A DNA stretch of 64,000 nucleotides, taken from positions 45,983-109,982 of the forward strand of contig JALDTO010000162.1 in NCBI GenBank assembly GCA_023515725.1, written 5' to 3'. The DNA comes from Amoeboaphelidium protococcarum X5. Taxonomy: Eukaryota; Fungi; Aphelidiomycota. The notes beneath the pieces are model-generated. The model did no database searches. It saw nothing but the letters and a program-made list of their open reading frames with translations, and was not told the DNA's origin. The position numbers were made by a program, and so were the translations under genes. Positions within the stretch are counted from its first letter, which is position 1; each line of letters opens with the position of its first letter. Shown here piece by piece: positions 28,290 through 41,997 of this stretch.

Positions 28290-31274
28290 TCATAAATATG
28301 CAGTTACAACTTCAATGCCGGAGCCTTTAACTAAAATGACACGTGGAATTCCTTCGATTAGAATATTGACGTATTCAAAGTAATCACTTGCAGGCATATC
28401 TTCAATTGGCGCAGGAAGACTGACAAACAGCAACTTGGCAGCTTGAGATTGCTCCTTGAAAATTTTGTTTAGTTTCAACGATGTGTTCATGTACTCAGCC
28501 TTCTTACGGTCTATCGAGCTGATAACCTTTTCAGATGTTGATTACTCTTTCTTTTCATTTAGTTGATATGGCTATATACGTTGATTATTGTTATTTGCAT
28601 TAGTAGGAGGATATACCATGAGTAGGTGAGAGTCTCTGCGCATTTCATTAAGAAGCTCATTTCGCGCTTGCATTTACAGCGTCTTCTCATAGGAGAATGC
28701 TGACATGTCGCAGCTATCCAACTGGATGACGAGCGGCGTGGCGTTAATTCGCAGCTTGGAAAGGAGAGTTTTCAATTACTGGGTTATCGCGGACTGGTCA
28801 TCATTCGCTTCAATCACAGTGATAATTCTCAACTAACAATTCTTCCATATACGATGCTTCTTCAGCAGGAACGGTAGAAGAGTCAGAATTCCACCTTCGT
28901 TAGTTATCCAATAAACATCGATCGTGTCAATAGTAGATAGAGGCTCAAATTTATTAGAAGGAAATGGATTTTTAGCATCAGACTTCACGAGAACGAATGC
29001 CTACTGATTATTCAATGCACAATGCAAAACGCCGTAATAGTCTTGGTACAGCTCACTCCGACCAGGATAAGACATGACGATAGTGTTTGGCTTCAACACA
29101 CCGAGACCAGAGCTCTGCATTGCCACCACGCGAGCCTCTGCAACGTTGTCAGTTGAAATTGACCGAACAAAGCCTTGTATTTTAAATCGATGCAACTCTG
29201 AGCGCAGGGCATTCTCGCGGTCACCAGTAGACTGGCTGGATTTCAGCTTTGATTTTTTAAAGCAATTAACCACAATACAGAGTCCACCAGCTTTCCGTAA
29301 TTGACTCAGAAAGCTCATCTGGGCACTGTTCTCTATTCTGCCCTCCTTGACACCAACAAATGCCAGAATCTGGGGTCTCCAGTTAACAGCACTTGGCTTC
29401 TACTTTTCCAGTGTCAGAAGCCGCTTCTACGCCACGGAGATGTTCAATGCAAATAGACCAGAGCCATACTCTATGGTGGCGCCAGTGTACTCGACATAAG
29501 AGTACAAGGCAGCGAGGGCGGCAGATATAGAAATTGCCACAATGTAATTGATCAAGAACATGAACACCACTGATATAAGTCCACCAAGAATTGATGCAGA
29601 CCAATGATAAAATTTAAAAGTCGGCCTCCAATGTGGATGCTTAAGCACGGCTAACAACGTGCATGCCAGGTTGATAAATGCAAAGCAGAGAAGATAGAAC
29701 AGAGTGGCTACAGAAGCAACTATATTGAGGCCTCCGATAAGAACGACGCACTCTGTAATTAACACGGATATGAGAAGGGATTTGAGTCGCGCATTAGACT
29801 CCAAATACTTGAGAGCCGGTAGAACTTCGTCGTGGACCATAGCCTATAGAATTTGTGGTCCAATCTACATTGCTTGCAAAGTCTGGGCAACTCCGCATAG
29901 AAATATACCGGCCAAACAAGCCTGATACGATGGCCATGATATGAGGGCATACAGCAGGCCAACTTCAGGAGTCTTGGTCCGCAAAAGAGGGCCAGCGTAC
30001 GCAGAAGCAAACAAAAGAGTAAGCACTATATACACCACAATAGCCACCGCTGATGATACAAAAGTGCCACGAGGAATAGACTTGGAGGCATTTTTCAATT
30101 CTCCACTCCTATTAGCACCAGCAATAAACCCAATAACCACTGGAAAGAAGATGGCAAAACTCTTGACAAAATTCAAATTATCAGGATTAACTTCATCTTT
30201 AAGATTAGTGCCATCATATGCAGGATTTAGATTAGAACTAAGAAATGAACTGGGCAGCATCGCAAATAACTGAGGAGCCCAGTATGAGCGAGGCATTGTC
30301 AGATAACCGATAAATATAGAGAGGAGAACTAGTACCGTAATAGCGGCGAATATAAATCTTACAGACTTCATAACCAAGCGGAATCGAATGTCTAACCGCT
30401 GCACTTTTTATAACACGAGCTAGAATAATGAGATAATGATTAAGAGAATTGAACCATATAATCGGCTGTCTTGCCATCTATCTACAGATATTTGAGGAAC
30501 GAGATATGATAAAACTTCGACACAACCCAGAACGTATACCGCTGCACCTATTTATGTGGCAAGATAGAGTAGAAAGCCCGAGGTAATTCCAATATCCTTA
30601 CCTAGCGATCTACTAATCAAATAATACAATCCGCCATTAGATACGACACCATTGGTGCATATAGCAGACATGGACATTGTGGTGAGCAGTACCAGAATCA
30701 TGGACATTAGTATTATAAATAGAGTATGTATAACACCAGAGTATCCAATAATAAATGGCAGCCGTATAAACAGAAGAATACCAACCATAACCTAAAGATT
30801 TGGGATGATAACACCAACCAAAGTACCGCTGCGACCGATAAGTATCCGCATTCTACGCGTCTGATCTTGATTTGGTTACCCAGGTTCACTCTCAATCTAT
30901 CGCAGAAGACTGGATGGGTCCCAAGACCGCGCAGTTAGATAATGAGTGGCATAATTAGAGCCATACAAGGCAAGATTGGATTTAACAGTGTCATTATAGT
31001 CATAATCTGCATTTTCAAACAAATTGATTTTACTACTCGGCAATCTCTTTTATTAATTCTAGCTCTCTTCTGTAATCTAATCGCCTTATTCCAATTCATT
31101 TACCTCCGAGATAGAGTCTACTTCATCCAATTCAATAGACACCTAATTCTATTCTAATGGACGACGTGATTGAGATTACACAGACGATCTTCTAGCATCA
31201 GCAGGTTGATTCTCAAATATATCCATCAGAGATTACGCATGTGGCGTCAAATACCGTTGATTCTACTTGGACAT
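28290..31274 (-). CDS. SLC12 cation-chloride cotransporter, K-Cl (KCC)-like
   Basis: GILLFIRL, SAICTNG, GGLYYLISRSLG, AGANRSGELKNASKSIPRGT, WRPTFKFYHW, NWRPQIL, SGLGVLKPNT, EVVTAYL; 994 aa without introns. Confidence 0.92.
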
Positions 31275-31599
31275 TTTACATATATCTGTATTAAATTTTA
31301 AATGAACTAAAATATTATAAATCTATGAATAGAAGAAAAGACGATATTAATATGCTCTTAACAAGTGCTTGTTAAGATCTCGTTTACATACAGTAAAACA
31401 ATTTCCGTCAATGAAAGAGAGAAAAGAAATTCCGATCAAGAAGACTCGCGGGTATCAACACTCGTCGCGGTGGTAGACATGAAGTGAATAAAATCACGTC
31501 TATTATTCTACAACAAACACCATGTATAACGCGCGTTAATTGTAAGCTAAAAGTTGGCAACTCTCATGCGTGCTATGATTACGGCTTATATCCAGCCCA

Positions 31600-32130
31600 T
31601 ATATGTTTAGCCTATGAAAGCCACAGTTACTCCATGAAGATTGTAGATAATAAGCTCATCATATCTGGTTGAAACACGTGCGAGTAATGGGCAAATGCTT
31701 AGCCACATCAGCAAAGAACACTTCTCGGTAATTCATACCTTGCTTATCAAATGAAAACTTCTCATTGTCGAAGTATTTCACAAAATTGCCAGGCACATAG
31801 GGTTCTACTGTCCAATACTGTCCGTATTTGCGCATCTCCTGAAATAGCTCGTTCTCCTTATCGCGGATCTACAGATCAGCCCAGAGCACACACCACGCTT
31901 ACCACTAGCCTTATTCAAGTATGTCTAGGCTATTGAAGACCTGAGTATGGCGTAATCGAAATCTTCACAGCAACGTTATGCAGACAAAGCCTCCATGATC
32001 TCTCTAAAATGCAAGCCAAAGTCGTCATTGTCAGTCGGTATAGCGCACTTCAGCTTGTTATTTGAATTACAACCCCAAACCGCCGTAATAGACGCACTTC
32101 TTCATTCCACCAGTTAAACAATCAGATAGC
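31600..32130 (-). pseudogene. Probable degenerate alpha-kinase (eEF2K/MHCK family)
   Basis: Motifs in alpha-kinase order but in shifting frames: GGMKKCVY, YWTVEPYVPGNFVKY, (Q)AFAHYS and ELIIYNLHGV; in-frame TGAs. Confidence 0.55.
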
Positions 32131-32594
32131 TATGGAACGCTCCAAATGCTGACAGTTAAGCTCAGCTTTCGTTAAATAATTCAAGATGCCTTCGCGCCGT
32201 CCATTCTTCGTGTGGCAGTCAGCCATCAATTTCCAAGTCTATATGAAACTAGTCTCCCAACTTTTCTAGAGGAATATTTATATATATGCTGTATGTTTTA
32301 CCTATCCATTTTATCTTGATTTAACACCAAGGCTATATAAGTATCCAAGAGCTAAATCGCCTTCAGAACTTACAGTAACTAGACATGCCAAACTTTCCAC
32401 TACTTCTGAAAGGGAAAACTTGAAAATCTTCTCAAAGACGCGTTAGAGTAATCCGTCAGTCGCGTAGACGCAGCCGCCCAAACTATTCCCGATGTACTTT
32501 GTGTTCCAACAGTAAAGTAAGCCTTCCTCAATAGAAGACACTGCGAAACATAACGGCAAATCATTTGAAAAGACTTTAGATAGAGAATCAACAG

Positions 32595-33512
32595 ATGGCG
32601 ATGGCGAAAAGTATCAACGTTAGTGTAAAGTCGCGTTCTGGAAAGGAGCTGACTACAGTGGGTGTTAGTGCGAAGGCGGATGTGGCAGAGTTGAAGGAGG
32701 CTATTCAGTAGAAGGTGCCTAAGTTGCGAGTGGAGCGTTAATTGTTGACTTTTGGTGAGAAGAAGACTCGCCTGGTGGAGGGATAGACTTTGGAGTCGTA
32801 TGGTCTTACCAGGGATGGAGATGAAGTTGTGCTGAAAGATCTCGGTCCTCAGGTTGGATGGAAGACTGTGTTCCTGGTGGAGTATGCCGGTCCTATATTG
32901 ATTCATGCATTCTTTTACATGTTCTATGCTCACTACTACCGCGTCAAGTACACTCCAGTGTAAAAGTACGCATGGTACATGGTGTTGGCTCACTTTGCTA
33001 AACGCGAACTGGAAACTCTGTTTGTGCACCGATTCAGTCACGGTTATATGCCATTTATGAACATTTTCAAGAACTCCTTCCACTATTGGATTTTGAGTGG
33101 CGTATTCATTGCAGCTGAAGTGTACTCTGGCTGGTATAAGTCGGCCCATCCACAATTGACATCATTGGGTCAGTTTGAGTATGCGATGATTGCCATCTTT
33201 GTCCTGGCCGAGTTGTCTAATCTGAGCACTCACCTGACTCTGAGAAATTTGAGACCACCAGGAACGAAGGTGCGTAAAATACCGTATGGATATGGATTTG
33301 ATTTCCCGTTCAATGTCAGCTGTCCAAACTACTTCTTTGAGGCGGTGGCATGGGTTGCTTTCACCGCGTTCACTCGCTCTTATGCTGCTGCCTTCTTTAC
33401 TGTTGTGGCAACAGCGCAAATGTTTGTATGGGCTACCAAGAAGCATTCCAACTATAAGAAGGAATTCAAAAACTATCCAAAGCGCAAGGCAATGTTTCCA
33501 TTTCTGGCATGA
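32595..33512 (+). CDS. TSC13: Very-long-chain enoyl-CoA reductase (TECR)
   Basis: Ubiquitin-like N-terminus, KDLGPQVGWKTVFLVEYAGP, KRELETLFVHRFSH, NIFKNSFHYW, VSCPNYFFE. Confidence 0.95.
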
Positions 33513-33920
33513 AATTTGAGTTGGAACATATCACGGTTTTAACCAGAATTTAATTGAATTCGAATATTAATTCATAAACATACTTTCAGCTCTATAATGA
33601 GTTTATATATACCCCTAGTATTTACTAAAAGTAGCCTTAATAAACGACTGGAGAGTTGGGATTGAAACGATCTGTGTTACCTGATCGCAGAGAGCGCCGT
33701 CTGAAATAAACAATTGTGGCCGGCAGTTGATCGCGCTCGCTGATTCGCCAAAGGAAATATTTCTCGGAATTTTGGGAGCGATCAACATCATCGCAGCGCA
33801 CAGCACCATCGGCTGGCTGGCTGCCTATTTGTTCCCTTTTCCTCCGGTGTTGTAAATTGTAGACAAAATCGAAGAATATTCTATTAATTGTTTATTATCG
33901 TTAAGTCTAAGTAAAGAAAA

Positions 33921-35741
<1,821 letters not shown>

Positions 35742-35970
35742 GCATAGAATCAATTCACAATAAACTTACACATATACAGGATCTTCCCAGTACATAATAT
35801 TTATTGAAAACCAATACAGTGAATTGATCTACTAATTGAATTCTTACAGGTATTTTCCTTTTAAAATTATTTGACAATCACATCAAAAGATTAAAAGTGA
35901 TACGAGATGAAAAAAACTTAATATTTTAAAAGCTACTGTGTATTTATAAAAGATCAAGATAGTGATAGAC

Positions 35971-36609
<639 letters not shown>

Positions 36610-36730
36610 CTAAGGTTGAAGAGACGCGCGCGTTTAACGAATGATTGATTGATAAAAATAATACGAGAGAAACGGTAAGAGATCAGAAGCGCGTAATGAG
36701 TTGATGAAGAAAGGATCTCTATTACTAATA

Positions 36731-37579
36731 TCATTTAGCAACGCATACAATTTCAGCATTCGCCTTTTATTTCAGAGCATCTTTTGCTGTGAGAAACTGT
36801 GGCTGTGAGGATTTATCAGAACCTTCAACCTTGACTATAGTTATGGAGCCCAAGTCGTTACATCCCTTCCACGACGCTCTTGATTTTCCATGTAAAGCAG
36901 ATTAGATCTGATTCGGTGTCTGAAACACTTTACGCGATCCTTTAGATATCATAAACATATCACTCAGAGCGGCACGGTTCTGATCATCATACTTTAAATC
37001 CACCCAGAGATTGCTGTGAGGCGGAACTGTTAGCATAGACAGATCTTAAACGGTGGTTCTCGAAATGTCATTGAAGTCTGGCACGTACACGGAGGCCACT
37101 GAGGGAATCATATCCAGTTATTTAAATAGAGCAGCAGTTGAGAAGAACGGATGTTCAACATTAGAGTCTTTTGCCTCTATTCTCTTTACAATTTCACCCA
37201 AATTCTTGATATCTTGCACAGACACGGTCGATGATCCATCGCTATCGCATAACTGATGTAATTCTATTACCTTTTGACGCGTCATTTACACTGCTTTCAA
37301 TCGCATTGACTAGTGAGATTACAGCAGAGAGCTATGGATATAATTTTGAGCACTCTCAGTAGACATATTTTGTATATGAGTGCGAGCATTAGCCAGGATG
37401 TCCACAAAAGGTCCTCTATCGTCACCTGGCAGAACATTGCTAACGAAACCTTCTCTGTGGAGAATGCTCAGAATTTATCTATACATTAAGGTATCACGCA
37501 CAAATGTTTTAGGATGCTTTGCTTGTGCGGCATGCTTAATTTTGAGGCATAAGTGATGTACTTTCTATCTATTACTCAT
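36731..37579 (-). CDS. MRPS8: Mitochondrial ribosomal protein uS8m with a long internal insertion
   Basis: HHLC..IKHA..ILHREGFVSNV..GP at the N-terminus; LWVDLKY...ISKGSRKV...AEIVCVAK at the C-terminus; 282 aa. Confidence 0.78.
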
Positions 37580-38138
37580 AGTTTTGATATTAGATTTTTG
37601 ATCTTTGCTGTGGTGAGCGCGAAATGCGGTGAAAGAGAGCAATAGAAACGACGTCTGACCAAATCAACTGCGTATTATAAAGATCCAAAAGGACGTTCTT
37701 ATAAGGTGTCAAAGTTGTAAAGATTACTCATCTATAAGAACTGTTATCACCAACAAAAGGTTGTATTAAAAGCCAGAGCGCGTTTACATTTGCCTTGTAG
37801 GATCCAACTTAAAGTTAACATGTTTCACATAAGAGGGAACCACTCTGTTGCTCAATTCAGCTATTTTGACATGTTCATCGATTATTTGCCTTTAGTTTTT
37901 ATAAATTTTGTCACCTGACGGAACATTAGATATAAAATATCGTGCAACTTCTTGGCAATATTATGTGTATGTATATCATTGGTCAAGCTTCTCTCCTATA
38001 TCATCTGTACACGAGGTCTGATATGGCTATAAATTGAGAGATGCTGTTTAAAATCTTTTTATTCTTATCATATACATACATATATTACTAACTGATAAAA
38101 GCTACTCAATAAGATATATAATAATCTGAAACCTGAAA

Positions 38139-38474
38139 ATGTCCTCCGTCAATAATAACAACACTTCTGCGCCTGTGAGTGAGATCAATCCGTATCAAGC
38201 CGCGTCTTATGCTGAAACTGGCGGCTAACCTGAAAAAAGCTAAAGATAAGTTGGTATGTGGCTTTTCATTGCTGGCTTCTTCTGCATAGTTCCTTGGTGG
38301 GTTGGCGCGTTCTATCCCAAGCCTACCAACAAACAGGCCCGTACCTGGAGAATTTTGAACATCGTCTTTGGAGTCATTCCAATCTTAATCGTGTTGGTCT
38401 ATTCCTTTTATGTTATTGATATTTTGGTAAAATAATAGAGTTCTTCCGATACTAACTCTGACACAAATGAGTGA
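38139..38474 (+). CDS. Small membrane protein, tandem family copy 1
   Basis: 111 aa; VGMWLFIAGFFCIVPWWVGAFYP...TWRILNIVF followed by a TM segment. Confidence 0.8.
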
Positions 38475-38914
38475 CGTGAGCTGAAATCGAAATATAGTAC
38501 TTTTAATTTTTGAATCTTTGTATTTATGTTAGTTGACACAATGCGCTCACTTCCTTCTTTGATAAAACGTGTCAATTCTATTTTGGAAACTTTTCAATTG
38601 TATAAATTGTAAATTTTGTTCAAAACAATACCTTCACATCTTTGTAAAAACGCGTAAATTTAACATGCTTATCGGGTGTGTATTACAGTAATCATATGGA
38701 TGAAACACAAAAGCTTTCAAACCTTGGAAGCATGAACGCGTAGATAAACCTCGGACGCGTGGGATTGGCCAGCATCTGAACTTGACACTATCTGATTGGC
38801 TGTTGGAAATAATCACGATCAATTACACGCCGAAATTAAAGCACATCTTGGCAAAATCATGATCTTCTCTATTCATTTAAGCAAAATATATACAATTTAT
38901 CGGTATCGCAAAGC

Positions 38915-39352
38915 ATGTCTTACTAGTATCCTGAATAAAAGTAGCAGTAGCAGCCTGTTTCAGCTAACATGTCCCAAGTCTCTGGTGACTCTTACGTTAA
39001 CAACAACAACAATAACAATCCCTACTAGCCAAATCAATATCAGCAGTAGCAGTATCAGTAGCAACAACCTCAGTAAATCGTGATCCAAAACATTGAAGAT
39101 GGCGTGTCTGTCGGCATGGTGCTATTCATTACTGGTTTCTGTTGTGTCATCACCTGGTGGATTGGCTGTTGTTATCCTCGCGTAAAAACTGCCAGAGACA
39201 AGACATGGAGGACTCTGAACATTGTGTTCACTGTGATTTCTTTACTCTTCATCATTGGGTATGTTATTGCCATTGTCGTGCTAACGACACAGGCGACAAA
39301 GACTATCCAGCAGAGCTCGTCTTCCAATGGCCGAAGTGCCTCAAGAAGCTGA
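38915..39352 (+). CDS. Small membrane protein, tandem family copy 2
   Basis: 145 aa; Q/N/P/Y-rich N-tail; VGMVLFITGFCCVITWWIGCCYP...TWRTLNIVF. Confidence 0.85.
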
Positions 39353-39942
39353 TATGAATCAGTGCCGTGAGCTTTTGAAAAAAAATTTATTATGATGATT
39401 TTAAAATACGAAAGCTTTTCTTATAACATCCATCGACAAGACAATACTTACAAGCGCGCAACTAAAAGTCGGCCGTCGCAGAAATCAAAAGATATCACAA
39501 TGAACTATATGGCTCAAATCGATCGACAACAAGCATGATTCTCATGCAGAAGTATAAAAGGCCAAATCATCAGCTATAAAATTCTTGAGCTGTTGCAGCA
39601 TCAGTTTCATAACGATAACCGCGTCGCGCGTTTCAGATTCTTGAATGCTTCCGGCTTCATAGTGAGTCAACCTTAATAAATACCCGATTAAGTGACAAAG
39701 TCAATATTGTTGGGCCATAGTGGTAGCTATTTTTATTTAAAGATTACATTTAAATTTGTGAAATCAGTTTAAAATGCTCCCGGTTAAGAACCAACCTATT
39801 GTTATCTGAATATGGACATCTTACTGTACTTAATGTCTGTCCAGGGGTGGCCATAAAATCCCGTGAGCTCCCTTGTGATCTCGACGTGGAACATTTTCTA
39901 ATTCCGCTCTGTTGACGCTCTTTTTGACAGTAATATCTCGAA

Positions 39943-40404
39943 ATGAATAATAATAACGCCGATAATTAAGACTAGAAATAGAATCCATACGGATAACAGC
40001 CCTAGGTACCATATCCTGCTGCTACTCCACCCAACACTGGATACGTTCCTGCTCCTTATCCACCAAATGGCGGTGATAACAATTTTGCTTAGAATCCTTA
40101 TTAACCGCCAAATCAGTAATACTATTAGCCATATCAGTAGCCATCATAGGTTGTAATTACCAACATGGAGGATGGTGTTAGCGTCGGAATGATTCTATTC
40201 ATTACTGGGTTTTGCTGTGTCATTAGCTGGTGGGTTGGCTGCTGCTATCCTCCTATCAGGACTAAAAGAGATAGAACGTGGAGAATGTTGAACATTGTCT
40301 TCACAGTGTTGTCGCTGCTTGGTGTGATCGCGTACGTGGTGATATTCGTCTTAATTGGTGTTGGTGCTACGCGTCGTAGATCGTATTATTACGAAATTAA
40401 CTGA
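39943..40404 (+). CDS. Small membrane protein, tandem family copy 3
   Basis: 153 aa; P/Y/Q-rich N-tail; VGMILFITGFCCVISWWVGCCYP...TWRMLNIVF. Confidence 0.85.
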
Positions 40405-40602
40405 TTCGAAAGTTACTTATTCATTCTTTATATTGAGACTATAAAATATTAGATTTATATAATATTTAGATTCACCGCAAATGTTTTAATCATTCTTATT
40501 CAGGAGGCAGTAAAGCTTTCTCGTCCACGTCTCAGACAACCGGATGATTAGAACAGAGATCTTTTCCAACAACGTTCACTATAATATCACACAATCGAAA
40601 TT

Positions 40603-41055
40603 ATGAATAAAGACGTGCCAATCATAAGTGATACGCGTAGAAAATCGCAATTGCCATCCGTCTTTGAAGTATCAGATCTACCTCCGCCTTATTCAAATGG
40701 CAGTTAGGCCTCGCCGCCATCCGAGCATCTACAATTCACCGTTCATCATCATGATCATTCTATACGTCCTGGACTTTTACTGTTCATTTTAGGATTCTGC
40801 TTCGTTCTGCCATGGTGGATAGGTAAGATTAAACCGTTTTTGGGGCAAATCGATTTTTTAACTCATTGTAATCAGTTTGACTGACTGAGTAAGTAAATAA
40901 CACATGTAGGAAGTTGCGTACGCGTTCATACACGATCAGACACGACTTGGCGCCGAGTTAATAGAATAATGACTTTGCTGTCAGTGATAACTATAATTGC
41001 TGTGGTAATCGCCATGGTGGCACTTGGTAAATGGATTAATAGGCGCTTCGATTGA
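40603..41055 (+). CDS. Small membrane protein, tandem family copy 4; one intron (40823-40909)
   Basis: LPPPY in the N-tail; PGLLLFILGFCFVLPWWIG|SC...TWRRVNRIM followed by a TM segment. Confidence 0.75.
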
Positions 41056-41163
41056 ATGAATGTATTGAGTGAAGATCTTAAATTTTGATATATAAAAGCT
41101 GTATTTTTACTTTCGATTTTTCAATTTCCCTTGTCAAACCACGAAGCTTTGATTAACGGCAAA

Positions 41164-41922
41164 ATGGTACGTAGTTCTGTATTGATCATTTAACTGATAA
41201 CCACTATAATCGAGTATGTGTAGACACAATCTAAAACCACTAGAATGCAGTAATTGCTAAACCATAGGCTAAAAGTGACCATGCTGGATGGGCGAACGCT
41301 CGTTGGATAGATGATTGCCTTTGACAAGCATATGAATCTCGTGTTAGCTGATTGTCAAGAATGCCGCAAGATTAAAATGAGAGAGTAGATAGTTGAATAG
41401 AATAGTGGTAATAGCAATAAAGGAGCACTAAAAGACGCAGAGTAGTAGAATAAAAAGAAATCCAAATTGGTTGAGGAGAAGAGGATGCTTGGCCTTGTCA
41501 TATTACGCGGTGAGACCATCGAGACCTTTATTGTCGAATCTTCACCACCTAAAGGTGACGCTATGAATAGGAAAGCTGCCAGTGCGTAGAATTTAGTTCC
41601 TACCATGATGCCTGGTGCTATGGTGTAGCCTATTGGACGCGGTATGCCGCCTTCAGGTAGGTTGAATTTGATTATTACATTTGTTATAAATTCAATGGCT
41701 GTATGGATGTGTAGGATTTACGCGCCCGCCGCTTAATCCCGCTGCTGGTATGAGACCACCAATGTCTGGAGTGTAAGTTTAATTGTATTATGCGTGTCTC
41801 TTATTATTATCTCACATGTATCTATGTGTAGAATGCCTCCCGGTTATCGACCTCAAATGCCACCAATGGGCAATGCATATCCACCAGGGTATAGACCTCC
41901 TCAACACCAACAGCATTAATGA
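41164..41922 (+). CDS. SMB1: snRNP core protein SmB; three introns
   Basis: RLKVTMLDGRTLVG(Q)MIAFDKHMNLVLADCQE...EEKRMLGLVILRGETI; P/M/G-rich tail. Confidence 0.92.
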
Positions 41923-41997
41923 TCACAGTGAATTATAGTATTCTATAAAATAAGTTTAAGAGTTGCCTCATAGAATTGTCTTCATTTAAATCACTTT

